Shown here piece after piece: positions 55,197 through 64,000 of a DNA stretch of 64,000 bases (position 1 is the stretch's first letter; every line of letters starts with the position of its first letter). The notes beneath the pieces are model-generated. The model worked only from the letters and a program-made list of their open reading frames with translations, was not told where the DNA came from and did no database searches. The stretch covers positions 32,001 through 96,000 of the IMG/VR virus record IMGVR_UViG_3300042465_005116. One strand, written 5' to 3'. The translations under genes were made by a program, and so were the position numbers. The stretch is from a virus. Lineage: Duplodnaviria > Caudoviricetes.

Positions 55197-57029
55197 TTAT
55201 GTAAAATTTTGTAATGATTGTGTATCGAACTGTCCACCGCCTCCACCGCCGCCAAAACTACCATCATATCCTGCTCCACCACCGAATGTATTTCCGCCAC
55301 CGCCACCTCCGCCTGATATAGGAGTGCTTGGAGTAGTAGGTGTAGTTACACCACCACATGAACCTATAAATGTAACTCGTATATTCGGTCCTTCAGATAT
55401 AGTATTTTCAACTGCACATATTTCTACTGATTGACCGGGTAGTAATGAATGTATTGTTGCTGGTGCACCTGATGAATCTTTATAAAATATAGGAACAGAT
55501 GTTCCATTATTATAATTATATCCATTATTATTATAGTATTGATATCCATTATATCCCGTTCCGCCATACGAATCATATCCATTATAACCATATGGATTAT
55601 AGGTATAATATGAATCATTTAAAACTCTATATAATCCCGTTGTTAACACTTCTCTAATTTTTGGTACTTCTCTTACATCGCCACTAAATGACTCGATTGT
55701 TTGGTATGTAATTGTCAATGATTCATATTCTCTACCAAATACATTAGTTTGTTTATTACCATTCGCATCAGTAAATAGGATTCCACCTTCAGATGACCAA
55801 ACATAGAATGTTTTAGTTGTTGTTACTGCTCTGGTAACATCTGCGTATTTACAAGAACCATCATCTTCAACTGCAAATTTATTATAATTTAAAGCAGATG
55901 AATCCATACAACCTTTAATCTTTTCAATTGGAGTTGCATCTGGTATTGGATTGTATTGACATGAACCATCTGATTCAGTCGCCAATGGATTATAGTTCTT
56001 AGCGTTTCTATCAGTACATCCTCTAACTACTCCTTGTTTGTTACCGATACCAGTAGCCTCATTTGTATTAGCACTGATTATTGATTTTAAAATTTCTTTG
56101 GTTGCATCTAATGTAATTTGTTCTTCTTTTGTTAATATATTATCTTCTTGTATATCTTGTTTAGGTAAATAAAAACTTATAATTTGAATAAGTGAACTAA
56201 TTATAAATTCTTTTATTTTAACTATTGATAATTCTATTGGTTTTGCACTAGGAAGTGGTTTACCATAGTTAAGAGAAGTTATATTAGTATCTCTATTACC
56301 AATAAAATGTTTAGTAGTCTCAACTAATTTTTCTCTAATTGTATTTATAAAATTTTCCCAATTTTGAATTTTGAATTCGGTTTGAATTAACTTTCTATAT
56401 TGTTCTCCCTCTGCAATCGTTCCCTTTTGCATTAAGAATGATTTTAGAATATTTTCTACTTTTAATGATTGTATAAATGGTTCTACAAAATAAATTGTAT
56501 CATCTTTAAATTGACCATCTTTTAATAAAATATTTAATCTGATATCTAAATCTTCAATTGTATTTTCATTAACATCTTTTAATGGTAAAACTCTGATTTC
56601 AGTACGAGATGGTGATATTTCATGTATCCATAATTTATCCTTATCAACTGTTTCAGAACCAACTCTTCTATTTAATAGGGTTGTTTGAGTTTTAAATATA
56701 CCATTAGAATAGCCAGAATCTCTTACTAATTTTTCAGTATCAATAATATATTCCCTAGCACCATTTGTTTTTATATTAGATTTATTTTCACTAAAAATAA
56801 AATATTTTGTAATATTTGCATCATCTAAAAAAATATATCTAACTAAATCTCCATTCTCACCTTGTGGTAATAAATTATCACTAGAATCATACAATATAAA
56901 TTCAATAGTATCGGCATCACCTAACCCAAAGTAAGATTTGGCAACTTCTTTTTCAAAAATTGCTCTATCTTTACTATCAACTTTGTAGCCTTTTTTATCT
57001 ACTATTTCTTTGAATTGATTTATTGCCAT
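55197..57029 (-). CDS. Putative virion structural protein with two GCxD repeats
   Basis: IHEISPSRTEIR segment; GCTDRNAKNYN..DGSC and GCMDSSALNYN..DDGSC; Tyr/Gly/Asn-rich and Gly-rich tracts. Confidence 0.55.
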   Translation of the reverse strand: MAINQFKEIVDKKGYKVDSKDRAIFEKEVAKSYFGLGDADTIEFILYDSSDNLLPQGENGDLVRYIFLDDANITKYFIFSENKSNIKTNGAREYIIDTEKLVRDSGYSNGIFKTQTTLLNRRVGSETVDKDKLWIHEISPSRTEIRVLPLKDVNENTIEDLDIRLNILLKDGQFKDDTIYFVEPFIQSLKVENILKSFLMQKGTIAEGEQYRKLIQTEFKIQNWENFINTIREKLVETTKHFIGNRDTNITSLNYGKPLPSAKPIELSIVKIKEFIISSLIQIISFYLPKQDIQEDNILTKEEQITLDATKEILKSIISANTNEATGIGNKQGVVRGCTDRNAKNYNPLATESDGSCQYNPIPDATPIEKIKGCMDSSALNYNKFAVEDDGSCKYADVTRAVTTTKTFYVWSSEGGILFTDANGNKQTNVFGREYESLTITYQTIESFSGDVREVPKIREVLTTGLYRVLNDSYYTYNPYGYNGYDSYGGTGYNGYQYYNNNGYNYNNGTSVPIFYKDSSGAPATIHSLLPGQSVEICAVENTISEGPNIRVTFIGSCGGVTTPTTPSTPISGGGGGGGNTFGGGAGYDGSFGGGGGGGQFDTQSLQNFT

Positions 57030-58114
57030 GCTAGTATTTTTCTTTTACTCATTTGTTTATTATAAACATAATAACAATATTGTTTACCAAATTTATGAAT
57101 TAACTTTCCTATCCAATTATCGTTAGGTAGGATTCCAACTTCGTATGCCATATGTTCTGTCCACGGCTTTACCATTGTATAAATCCATTTTGTATATTGT
57201 GGTTTTGCTTTCATAAAGTTAACCACATTCTTAGCCCACATCATATATCCTAAAACTAATGATGGGTCTTTCTTATACATCATTTCACCATATAGTTCAT
57301 CCGCGTTCCAAATATGTTGAGGTAAGAATCCTTGTTTGTAAAGTTCATTACAAATAATCTTTTTCTTTTTGGTATTGGCAAGTTGTGCTTGGGTGGCTGA
57401 TGCACTTGCGGTTGCAGCAGCTGCTTGGGCCTGTGATGCTGTAATTTGAGCTTGTGCTAGTAATTGTTGTGCGTTTGTAACTTGATTTTGTAATTCAATT
57501 GCCCTTGCATTTGCAGCTTCTAATTGTGCAGTTAAATTCTTTTGTAATTCATCAAAGGTTTGTTTCTCGGCCTGTAATCCTCTAAGTTGTGCTTCTAATG
57601 AAACCCTTTCAATACCTTCTTTAATACCCTTTGAAAGTGCATTTTGAAAATCTTGAATTAGCGAAACATATTTATTATTTGTAATTTGTGATTCGTTCTC
57701 TGCCGATGCTCTTAATAATCTTTCTACATCTATTTGAGTAGCCAATGCCTCGTTTGCAGTATTTAGAGTTTCAATCTCAGCCAGGGCATCACTTAATTGT
57801 TTACTTAAATCAGTATTTTTTCCTAATGATTCATTATATAATGTTTCTAATCTATCGTATGTTTTTTGAGGAACAACTTTTGGTTGTGGTTTAGCAGGTG
57901 CTGCTATTAATTCATCAACAACTACATTAACTGCTTTTTTTAATTGCTCTTCATTATACTTTGGTCTTTCAACATAACCAGAAGTTTCACCATCAAAATC
58001 TTCAGCAGTGGGTTTGACATAAAAAGTATGATTACCTTGCTCGTTTTGAGAGGTAATCACAGCAGAACCACTTGATATTAATTCTGAAACTCTAAATTCG
58101 TTTTGTAATGACAT
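57020..58114 (-). CDS. Coiled-coil protein with C-terminal KIICxEL...GY..WA domain
   Basis: Long Ala/Gln/Leu heptad region followed by KKKKIICNELYKQG..DELYG..GYMMWA. Confidence 0.55.
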   Translation of the reverse strand: MSLQNEFRVSELISSGSAVITSQNEQGNHTFYVKPTAEDFDGETSGYVERPKYNEEQLKKAVNVVVDELIAAPAKPQPKVVPQKTYDRLETLYNESLGKNTDLSKQLSDALAEIETLNTANEALATQIDVERLLRASAENESQITNNKYVSLIQDFQNALSKGIKEGIERVSLEAQLRGLQAEKQTFDELQKNLTAQLEAANARAIELQNQVTNAQQLLAQAQITASQAQAAAATASASATQAQLANTKKKKIICNELYKQGFLPQHIWNADELYGEMMYKKDPSLVLGYMMWAKNVVNFMKAKPQYTKWIYTMVKPWTEHMAYEVGILPNDNWIGKLIHKFGKQYCYYVYNKQMSKRKILAWQ

Positions 58115-58117
58115 ATC

Positions 58118-59182
58118 TTATTTCTCTATTGTAAACGTTAAATCTTTATCTGAAAAATATTCTATTACACCACTTCTATCTATTTTTATTTCAACATAAT
58201 AACTTCTATTAGTTTCCCAATTCGTTAAATTTAATTTGAAATAATTTCCGTTACTATTACAACTTACTTTTGTATAATCACTAAATGGAATAATAACCTC
58301 ATCAGTAATAACATCTTTAATTTGATAATAAGTTGTAGATGGTAAATATTTTATATCGTTATATGCAAAGGTATTTGAGTAAGTTTTAAGTGGATATTTT
58401 TCTCTAGCAAAAACTCCAATTTCAGGAGTACTTCCTACTTTATATTTTGTTTTTAATTTTTTAAATGTTACATGAATATCATCAGAAGTCAGTTGAGTTA
58501 ACGAACCCGTTATAAATGATTGGTCATTCCAACCAATTCTAACCTTTGGTTGATATATGGTATTGGTTTCTTTTGAAAAGAATTTTAATTGGCCATAATC
58601 TTCCGTATCATTTTCTAATACACTCGAATGTCTTAAAATTATACCCTCATTTGGTAAAGAACCTGATATCCAAGAAGTAAACATAGTTTTTACATTCATA
58701 TTAATATCTGCACTTTGATAACTAAATGATTGTGATGTTGCTGAACCAGTCCACCATACACCACCCTTACCATTATATGAACCCGTTACACTACCTGTAA
58801 TATATAATTCATTTGTAATCCAATCTATTCCAGTTGTTCTATGATTCCATGTAACACCATCCGTTGAGATATCATCAAAACGAGTACCAATTCCCATATC
58901 CCAACTTTGTGTAATTGGATTTGCATAGATTACATAATCTATTGGTATTTCATTTGCTTCACATTCTCTAAGAATTAATTCTGCAGAACTCATAGTAACC
59001 GCACCACTAGCAAGAGATGCAGAAAGAGCAGTTGTTTCAAACTTTATTAGAGTATGAGCAACATCTTTTGAATTTCCATAATAAGTTTTAGAAATTTCTA
59101 ATATTTCATCTAAACCAGTGTTTTGAGTTGGTTGTTGTAAATAGATTGTTGCATCTTTTGATGCTGTTAAAAAAGTATACAT
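58118..59182 (-). CDS. DNRLRE-like domain structural protein
   Basis: KDATIY..NTGLDEILEI..LIKFE; FFSKETNTIYQPK. Confidence 0.55.
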   Translation of the reverse strand: MYTFLTASKDATIYLQQPTQNTGLDEILEISKTYYGNSKDVAHTLIKFETTALSASLASGAVTMSSAELILRECEANEIPIDYVIYANPITQSWDMGIGTRFDDISTDGVTWNHRTTGIDWITNELYITGSVTGSYNGKGGVWWTGSATSQSFSYQSADINMNVKTMFTSWISGSLPNEGIILRHSSVLENDTEDYGQLKFFSKETNTIYQPKVRIGWNDQSFITGSLTQLTSDDIHVTFKKLKTKYKVGSTPEIGVFAREKYPLKTYSNTFAYNDIKYLPSTTYYQIKDVITDEVIIPFSDYTKVSCNSNGNYFKLNLTNWETNRSYYVEIKIDRSGVIEYFSDKDLTFTIEK

Positions 59183-61200
59183 TAAACAACCCTCCCTTTA
59201 ATATCTTTTGCTGGAAACTTAACTTCAAATATTGATGGGTCTAATGATGGGTACACCATTTTACCTTTTGTTGCTTCTGCAATGTTATATGAATTACTTG
59301 AATATTGACCTAAACATTTATTTACTATTTCACATTTTGGAACTGACTGAACTCCTTCTATTCCTGCAATTAATAATTCTAATTCACTTATGTTAATTGC
59401 CATATTAAATGTCCAATCATCTATATTAAAGTAATTTGTAATTTCATCAATACATCTTACTAATACTTCCCTTTTATTATATCCACTATAAGTTCTAATT
59501 TCAAAATCAACACCAATGTTTATAATAAATCCATCCATTAAATTCACACCATCTGTCAACAAACGATATTCATTTAAATAAGTTTTAAGATTTTCTTTTA
59601 GTGCCTGATTTGTTCCAATTTGAACTAAATTCTTATTAGAATTATATCCTAAAATATATAAGTTAATTGCAAATGGATTATTCTTTTCGTTTGTATTATT
59701 TTTCTTTCCTACTAAAAATTTGTTAACCGCATCTTTAATTTCCATTTCACTCTTACCTTGCAAACTTGTTACAATACCTGTAAATTCACTTAGAGTATCT
59801 GGGTTTGCGAGAATAGATGATGGTGAGTTATTATCCAATTCTCCATCCGGTGCACAATATGCTTTAGCAATACCACCATACTTTGCAGGAAGTGATAAGG
59901 CTCTTACTTGATAATCTTTACGAGTCACTGCTCGGTTTTGAGAACCAAACGTTGCCAGGGCGTTCTCTCTAATTTCATCAATAGTTTCCGCTCCCCTTGC
60001 CCCATTTGCTGCTGTTTCGTTTTCAACTGCAATTGAACCCTTAGCTACTCTATATGCCGCCAATTCATCTCCACTAAGTGAAATTGTATCTTCATCAAAG
60101 GAAACGTTTGTTATTCTATTTATTTCACCTTTTGGGGTATTTGCTGAAATACCACCACCCACTAAGTACGAAACTGTAATAGTAGTATTAGCAGGTGCCT
60201 GACCATAACTCCTTGTCTTTAAAAAGTTTGCAGGGTCGAATGATGCACCTAAATTATCTATTGATGAATTTAACCCTAATCCCACATTTTTAAAATTTGG
60301 TATAAGAGTTTCATCAGATGAAGTAGAATTACCACCACCAAATACAATTGTTGTAGTATTATCCGGGTTTACCTTTGTTACAAATCTACGAGAAGTTTTT
60401 ATTAACTTTAAAATATTCGCAACTGAATCTTTAAATTGAACTAAATCTTTATCAGTTTGGTTTGATACCGGATAATCAACAAATACCATCTCTTGTGCAA
60501 GATATGGAACTTCATACCATTTATTTCCACTACTATCTCTTACATCATATATTTGAATTATATTTGTTTCTGCCAAATCTATTTTTGAAAATTCTTGTGC
60601 AGTTCCAAATGCAATATCTACTGTCTTTAATTCTGCAGATATTGCATTAACATACTTTTTAACTAAATAAAAGGTTGGTTCGTTATCAGTATCTTTTCTA
60701 TATATTGTAATCTCTCTTTCATCATCAACACTAAAATCTAATAGCTCAGTTGTTCTAAATAGTGTACCGGTTGTATTTGCTTCTACTACCATCCCCTCTT
60801 TAACTCTAAGAAAATAATCAGAATCAGGCCTATTATTTACACCTAATCCAGTTGCAGGAACTAATTGATAAACTGATAATCTTACTAATGCAGGTGATGT
60901 TACTTTTGGTTTGTATCCTAAATATTGTGCAAGTGCGATAACATTTTCTTTATCTTCCGCATATAACATTAAGGATTCTTTTAATGTATCATCTATATAA
61001 TACCCCAAAACATCTCCAATATACGATGCCATTTCGATGAACATCATACCCGGTGAGGTTTCGTTAAAATCTGAATATGTTTGTGGGAAATAAGTTTTTG
61101 CGTACTCAATTAAGTTTTGACGGAAACCGGCAAAATCTTTATTAAGATATTTTATATCTCTACCTTGATTACTTTTTCTTGTTATACTATTTAATGCCAT
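59182..61200 (-). CDS. gp6: Baseplate wedge protein (T4 gp6-like)
   Basis: NKDF..FRQNL..YSDFNETSPGMMFIEMASYIGDVL; QNRAVTRKDY; follows gp25. Confidence 0.85.
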   Translation of the reverse strand: MALNSITRKSNQGRDIKYLNKDFAGFRQNLIEYAKTYFPQTYSDFNETSPGMMFIEMASYIGDVLGYYIDDTLKESLMLYAEDKENVIALAQYLGYKPKVTSPALVRLSVYQLVPATGLGVNNRPDSDYFLRVKEGMVVEANTTGTLFRTTELLDFSVDDEREITIYRKDTDNEPTFYLVKKYVNAISAELKTVDIAFGTAQEFSKIDLAETNIIQIYDVRDSSGNKWYEVPYLAQEMVFVDYPVSNQTDKDLVQFKDSVANILKLIKTSRRFVTKVNPDNTTTIVFGGGNSTSSDETLIPNFKNVGLGLNSSIDNLGASFDPANFLKTRSYGQAPANTTITVSYLVGGGISANTPKGEINRITNVSFDEDTISLSGDELAAYRVAKGSIAVENETAANGARGAETIDEIRENALATFGSQNRAVTRKDYQVRALSLPAKYGGIAKAYCAPDGELDNNSPSSILANPDTLSEFTGIVTSLQGKSEMEIKDAVNKFLVGKKNNTNEKNNPFAINLYILGYNSNKNLVQIGTNQALKENLKTYLNEYRLLTDGVNLMDGFIINIGVDFEIRTYSGYNKREVLVRCIDEITNYFNIDDWTFNMAINISELELLIAGIEGVQSVPKCEIVNKCLGQYSSNSYNIAEATKGKMVYPSLDPSIFEVKFPAKDIKGRVV

Positions 61201-61205
61201 TATTA

Positions 61206-61637
61206 TTATCCCCTAACTGTAAAAGTTATTTCTTGTGTTTCAATTGTATTTCCGACCGTAAACTGAATTGTCATATGTGCTGTGTGGTTATCCTTCATAG
61301 CATCAGTCATTTCTACATCAATTTCTTCAATATTAATATATGGTAACCAATAACTGACAGTTTGGGTAATTACATCTTGTAATTGTGATTCAAACGTATC
61401 ATCCATTGGTTCAAACAAAAGTGATTGTAATCCTGTACCAAACTCTGGTTGCATTACTCTTTCACCTTTTGCCGTTAATAGTAAATTTTTTAAATTTGCT
61501 TTTGCTTGTTCGAAAGATGTAAAGGCTTGTTCAAAATAACCAGTATTACCTCTTTTAATAGGTAAAGTTATTCCATACGCGTAAGAATCAAATTCTTGCG
61601 TATCCTTTACAATTTTACTACCAAGTACATAAGCCAT
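61206..61637 (-). CDS. gp25: Baseplate wedge/sheath initiator (T4 gp25-like)
   Basis: NLKNLLLTAKGERVMQPEFGTGL..LLFEP; YWLPYINI. Confidence 0.9.
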   Translation of the reverse strand: MAYVLGSKIVKDTQEFDSYAYGITLPIKRGNTGYFEQAFTSFEQAKANLKNLLLTAKGERVMQPEFGTGLQSLLFEPMDDTFESQLQDVITQTVSYWLPYINIEEIDVEMTDAMKDNHTAHMTIQFTVGNTIETQEITFTVRG

Positions 61638-61638
61638 A

Positions 61639-62271
61639 TTATTTCTTAAACCTCTTAACTAATTCCGAATTATCTCTATTTAAAATTCTGTCTAATCCTG
61701 CTAATCCAGTCGTAACACCTAACCCACCTTTTTTAATACCACTTCCTCCCATATCACCATATCCCATTTTAGAAGCCATTTGACTTCTCATTGTTTCAAT
61801 CCCACCTTGTGCACCGCCTCCGTATGATATTGTTTCATCTATATCAGGTTCTGCATCCATATAGTTTGGAATATGTGAATTTGAGTAACTTTCATTTATT
61901 GGTTGTTCCATTTGGTAATTATCTAAAATAGATGAACCACCTCCCACTTGTCCCGCACTTCTTTGTGCAGCAGTAAATGGTTTTGTTTGGTTTAGTATTT
62001 CATTTATAGTTGAATTTCTACTCAATTGTTTTACTGGTTGAACTTGTCTTACTTCTTCTTTAATAGTAGTAGTAGTTGTTCTATCTTTTTCCAATAATAG
62101 AGTTGCTAATTCAAACGGGTCAACTTCTTCCAAAATATCCTTTTTAGGTTTTGGAGCAGAAGTTTCGTTCAATAACTTACTAACTTCCTCCTTAATCATT
62201 TTAGGAAGCTGTTTCTTAATTTCTTGTTCTACAACTAATTTGATTAGTTGTGCTAATTTTTTAGAATCCAT
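61639..62271 (-). CDS. Hypothetical protein
   Basis: 210-aa ORF with upstream TATTTATA motif. Confidence 0.65.
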   Translation of the reverse strand: MDSKKLAQLIKLVVEQEIKKQLPKMIKEEVSKLLNETSAPKPKKDILEEVDPFELATLLLEKDRTTTTTIKEEVRQVQPVKQLSRNSTINEILNQTKPFTAAQRSAGQVGGGSSILDNYQMEQPINESYSNSHIPNYMDAEPDIDETISYGGGAQGGIETMRSQMASKMGYGDMGGSGIKKGGLGVTTGLAGLDRILNRDNSELVKRFKK

Positions 62272-62294
62272 TTTAAAAATATTTGTTAACTTAC

Positions 62295-62302
62295 TATAAA
62301 TA
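62295..62302 (-). promoter_or_regulatory. Candidate late promoter motif TATTTATA
   Basis: 24 nt upstream of ATG at 62271. Confidence 0.55.
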
Positions 62303-62352
62303 TATGTTTTGAGTATTTTGCATTTTTATAAAGGATTTTAACCTAATTTATA

Positions 62353-63366
62353 TTATGCTTTTTTATTTTTCTGAGATGCAACTGCAGCTTTACCATTTTC
62401 ATTTAATCTCCACATAGCAATGGTTGTATTATCAACATGGTTTGCTTGGATGACATTTTGAGAAAAATCACTAACCCATTTCCACCCCGTCCAAACTTGA
62501 ATATGACCATATAATTTACCACCTAAATACCCCATAACAACTATATCACCCACTTGCCATTGTGCAGGATTTTTAGTATAAACCGAATTTATTTTTACTT
62601 TTTCGTTGTAATAAACTTTACCACCTATGTTTCCTGCAAAAGATGCCCTACCACCACCGGTAGATGGGTCTTTGAATGAAAACCAATCTGCATTACCACT
62701 TATTCTACCTAATCCACTTACACCCGTTAATGCAACTACAACCGATTGTGTACCTTGTGGACATAATCCATGTACACCTTTGATATAACCACTTCTTAAA
62801 TTTCCATAATTAACTCTTGGATTTTTACCCAACTTAGGTGCCCATGCACCTGCAATTTTTAATAACTCATCTAAATTTTTATATCCACTCTTCAAATCCG
62901 TATCAGGTTCAAGTGGTTTAAGAATTCCCTGGTCATAAAGTGCTTGGTCTATTTTTTCTGCTTTAGAATTATCTAATTGAGATACCCTTGCACTACCACC
63001 TTCTAAATCATCTTCTACATATGGGTCTTCAAAAATCTTTTTACTAATTTTTTTAACATCTGGATTTATTATATCTTGCACTTCGGGGTCATCTTTATCC
63101 AATCCAACTTTAGACCAATCTAATTTATCATATAATGTTTTGTTATCAGCAATTTGTTCTTCTGCATTAATCGGTGGGTTTGGTGGACTTGGTGATGCCG
63201 GTGGAATAGTATATCCAACAAACGGAACTGCTCCTGGCCCTGGTGTTAATAAGGGTGGATATAGGGATGTAGTTAAAAACATTCCTTGAATCGTAGGTAA
63301 GTGAGTTTGAATCGATGCAATCAATTGGTCTAAAAATACTGCCGAATCATCTGTTGGTTTTGCCAT
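62353..63366 (-). CDS. Protein with C-terminal NlpC/P60-superfamily (Cys-His) peptidoglycan amidase-like domain
   Basis: GLCPQGT (catalytic Cys) ... GDIVVM..YGHIQVWTG..WVSDFSQ. Confidence 0.68.
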   Translation of the reverse strand: MAKPTDDSAVFLDQLIASIQTHLPTIQGMFLTTSLYPPLLTPGPGAVPFVGYTIPPASPSPPNPPINAEEQIADNKTLYDKLDWSKVGLDKDDPEVQDIINPDVKKISKKIFEDPYVEDDLEGGSARVSQLDNSKAEKIDQALYDQGILKPLEPDTDLKSGYKNLDELLKIAGAWAPKLGKNPRVNYGNLRSGYIKGVHGLCPQGTQSVVVALTGVSGLGRISGNADWFSFKDPSTGGGRASFAGNIGGKVYYNEKVKINSVYTKNPAQWQVGDIVVMGYLGGKLYGHIQVWTGWKWVSDFSQNVIQANHVDNTTIAMWRLNENGKAAVASQKNKKA

Positions 63367-63388
63367 TTTGTTTAACTATACTATAATT

Positions 63389-64000
63389 TTATTTTTTATC
63401 TACACAAGTTGGTGGAATTACAAACCCAGAAATAGTTGATACTCTTGGAGTTTTTACAAAACATCCACACCCATTTCTATTGAATCCACCACCACCGGTA
63501 TTCCCTTCTATTGTGGTTATCTTACCATCTTTTGATATTGCTGCTACAACTCCAATGTGATGTTCTTTACCTTCAGGTCCATACAACGCTGCAGCTCCTA
63601 TTTTTGGAGTTTTACTATATGTACCATTTTTTTTACCCCACGTAGCCCAATTCTTACACGACGCAGCACCAGGAGGAGTTTTTAACCCCGCAGATTTCCA
63701 CCAAGCAGTTACAGCAGATGCACACCAGTAATATCCCTCACCTGTTGCTCGGACCTGTCCTTGATTATCTAATCCCGTTAGTTGAACCATTATATCAATA
63801 CGGCCAGGTTTACCCGGCGGGGTCTCTCCTCCCGCTTGATTTCCTCCATAGTTCAATCCTGCACCTTTATTTGCCTTCGTGCCGGTTTCTAATATACCAA
63901 CATCTTTTTTGGCAAATTCAACTATCTTTAATCCAATAGGACATGACGTATCAACATTACCATCAATTTTAACCGGAGTTGAATTTATAGGTTCATTTGA
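63389..64000 (-). CDS. CHAP-domain peptidoglycan hydrolase, 5'-truncated by window edge
   Basis: Frame is open from 64000 (SNEPINSTP..KIVEFAKKDVGILETG..), so the track start at 63856 (TTG) is internal. YWCASAV..PKIG..HHIGVV..TIEGNT. Confidence 0.82.
   Translation of the reverse strand, partial: SNEPINSTPVKIDGNVDTSCPIGLKIVEFAKKDVGILETGTKANKGAGLNYGGNQAGGETPPGKPGRIDIMVQLTGLDNQGQVRATGEGYYWCASAVTAWWKSAGLKTPPGAASCKNWATWGKKNGTYSKTPKIGAAALYGPEGKEHHIGVVAAISKDGKITTIEGNTGGGGFNRNGCGCFVKTPRVSTISGFVIPPTCVDKK

Noticed and set aside
55197-55330. GC-rich islands (also near 55030-55075) as foreign DNA
   Set aside because: Explained by poly-Gly codons within the reading frames
63389-63856. ORF-track start at 63856 for the CHAP protein
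   Set aside because: It is an internal TTG; the frame stays open to the window edge at 64000
2866-63939. The many short plus-strand ORFs and nested minus-strand ORFs in the track (e.g. 7348..7587, 35267..35620, 36960..37271, 42295..42951)
   Set aside because: All lie antisense to or out of frame within long motif-bearing genes, have no recognisable motifs, and several merely mirror coding repeats; treated as shadow ORFs
1-64000. Stop-codon reassignment, tRNA or rRNA genes
   Set aside because: Long genes are intact and tightly packed under the standard code; no tRNA- or rRNA-like sequence was recognised in the few short intergenic gaps

Overview
AT-rich, densely coding 64 kb segment of a large contractile-tailed (T4-like module) bacteriophage. 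Nearly all genes are on the minus strand and read intact in the standard code. In transcription order (right to left) there are five blocks. (1) Two peptidoglycan-hydrolase-domain proteins, gp25/gp6-like baseplate genes and large tail/baseplate proteins. (2) A small replication/repair insert (GIY-YIG protein, DnaG-like primase, fused SbcD-SbcC) behind two tandem Bacteroidota-type promoters (TTTG-N20-TATCTTTG/A), pointing to a Bacteroidota host. (3) A long tail fibre with a C-terminal S74 chaperone, followed by a Cys- and Pro/Thr-rich protein with a C-terminal Hint domain. (4) A ~23 kb glycan synthesis/modification island. (5) A 1650-aa multi-enzyme protein, terminase, portal and head-region genes. 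The standout is an adjacent gene triad: (PPTPA)n repeat protein, GT60-like hydroxyproline/Thr GlcNAc transferase and prolyl 4-hydroxylase. It is followed by three GT7-LamG enzymes, NDP-sugar enzymes and a split TPP enzyme, which together suggest a phage-encoded, eukaryote-like O-glycosylation pathway acting on its own tail-fibre-tip protein. All functional calls come from motif recognition by eye; no database searches were run.
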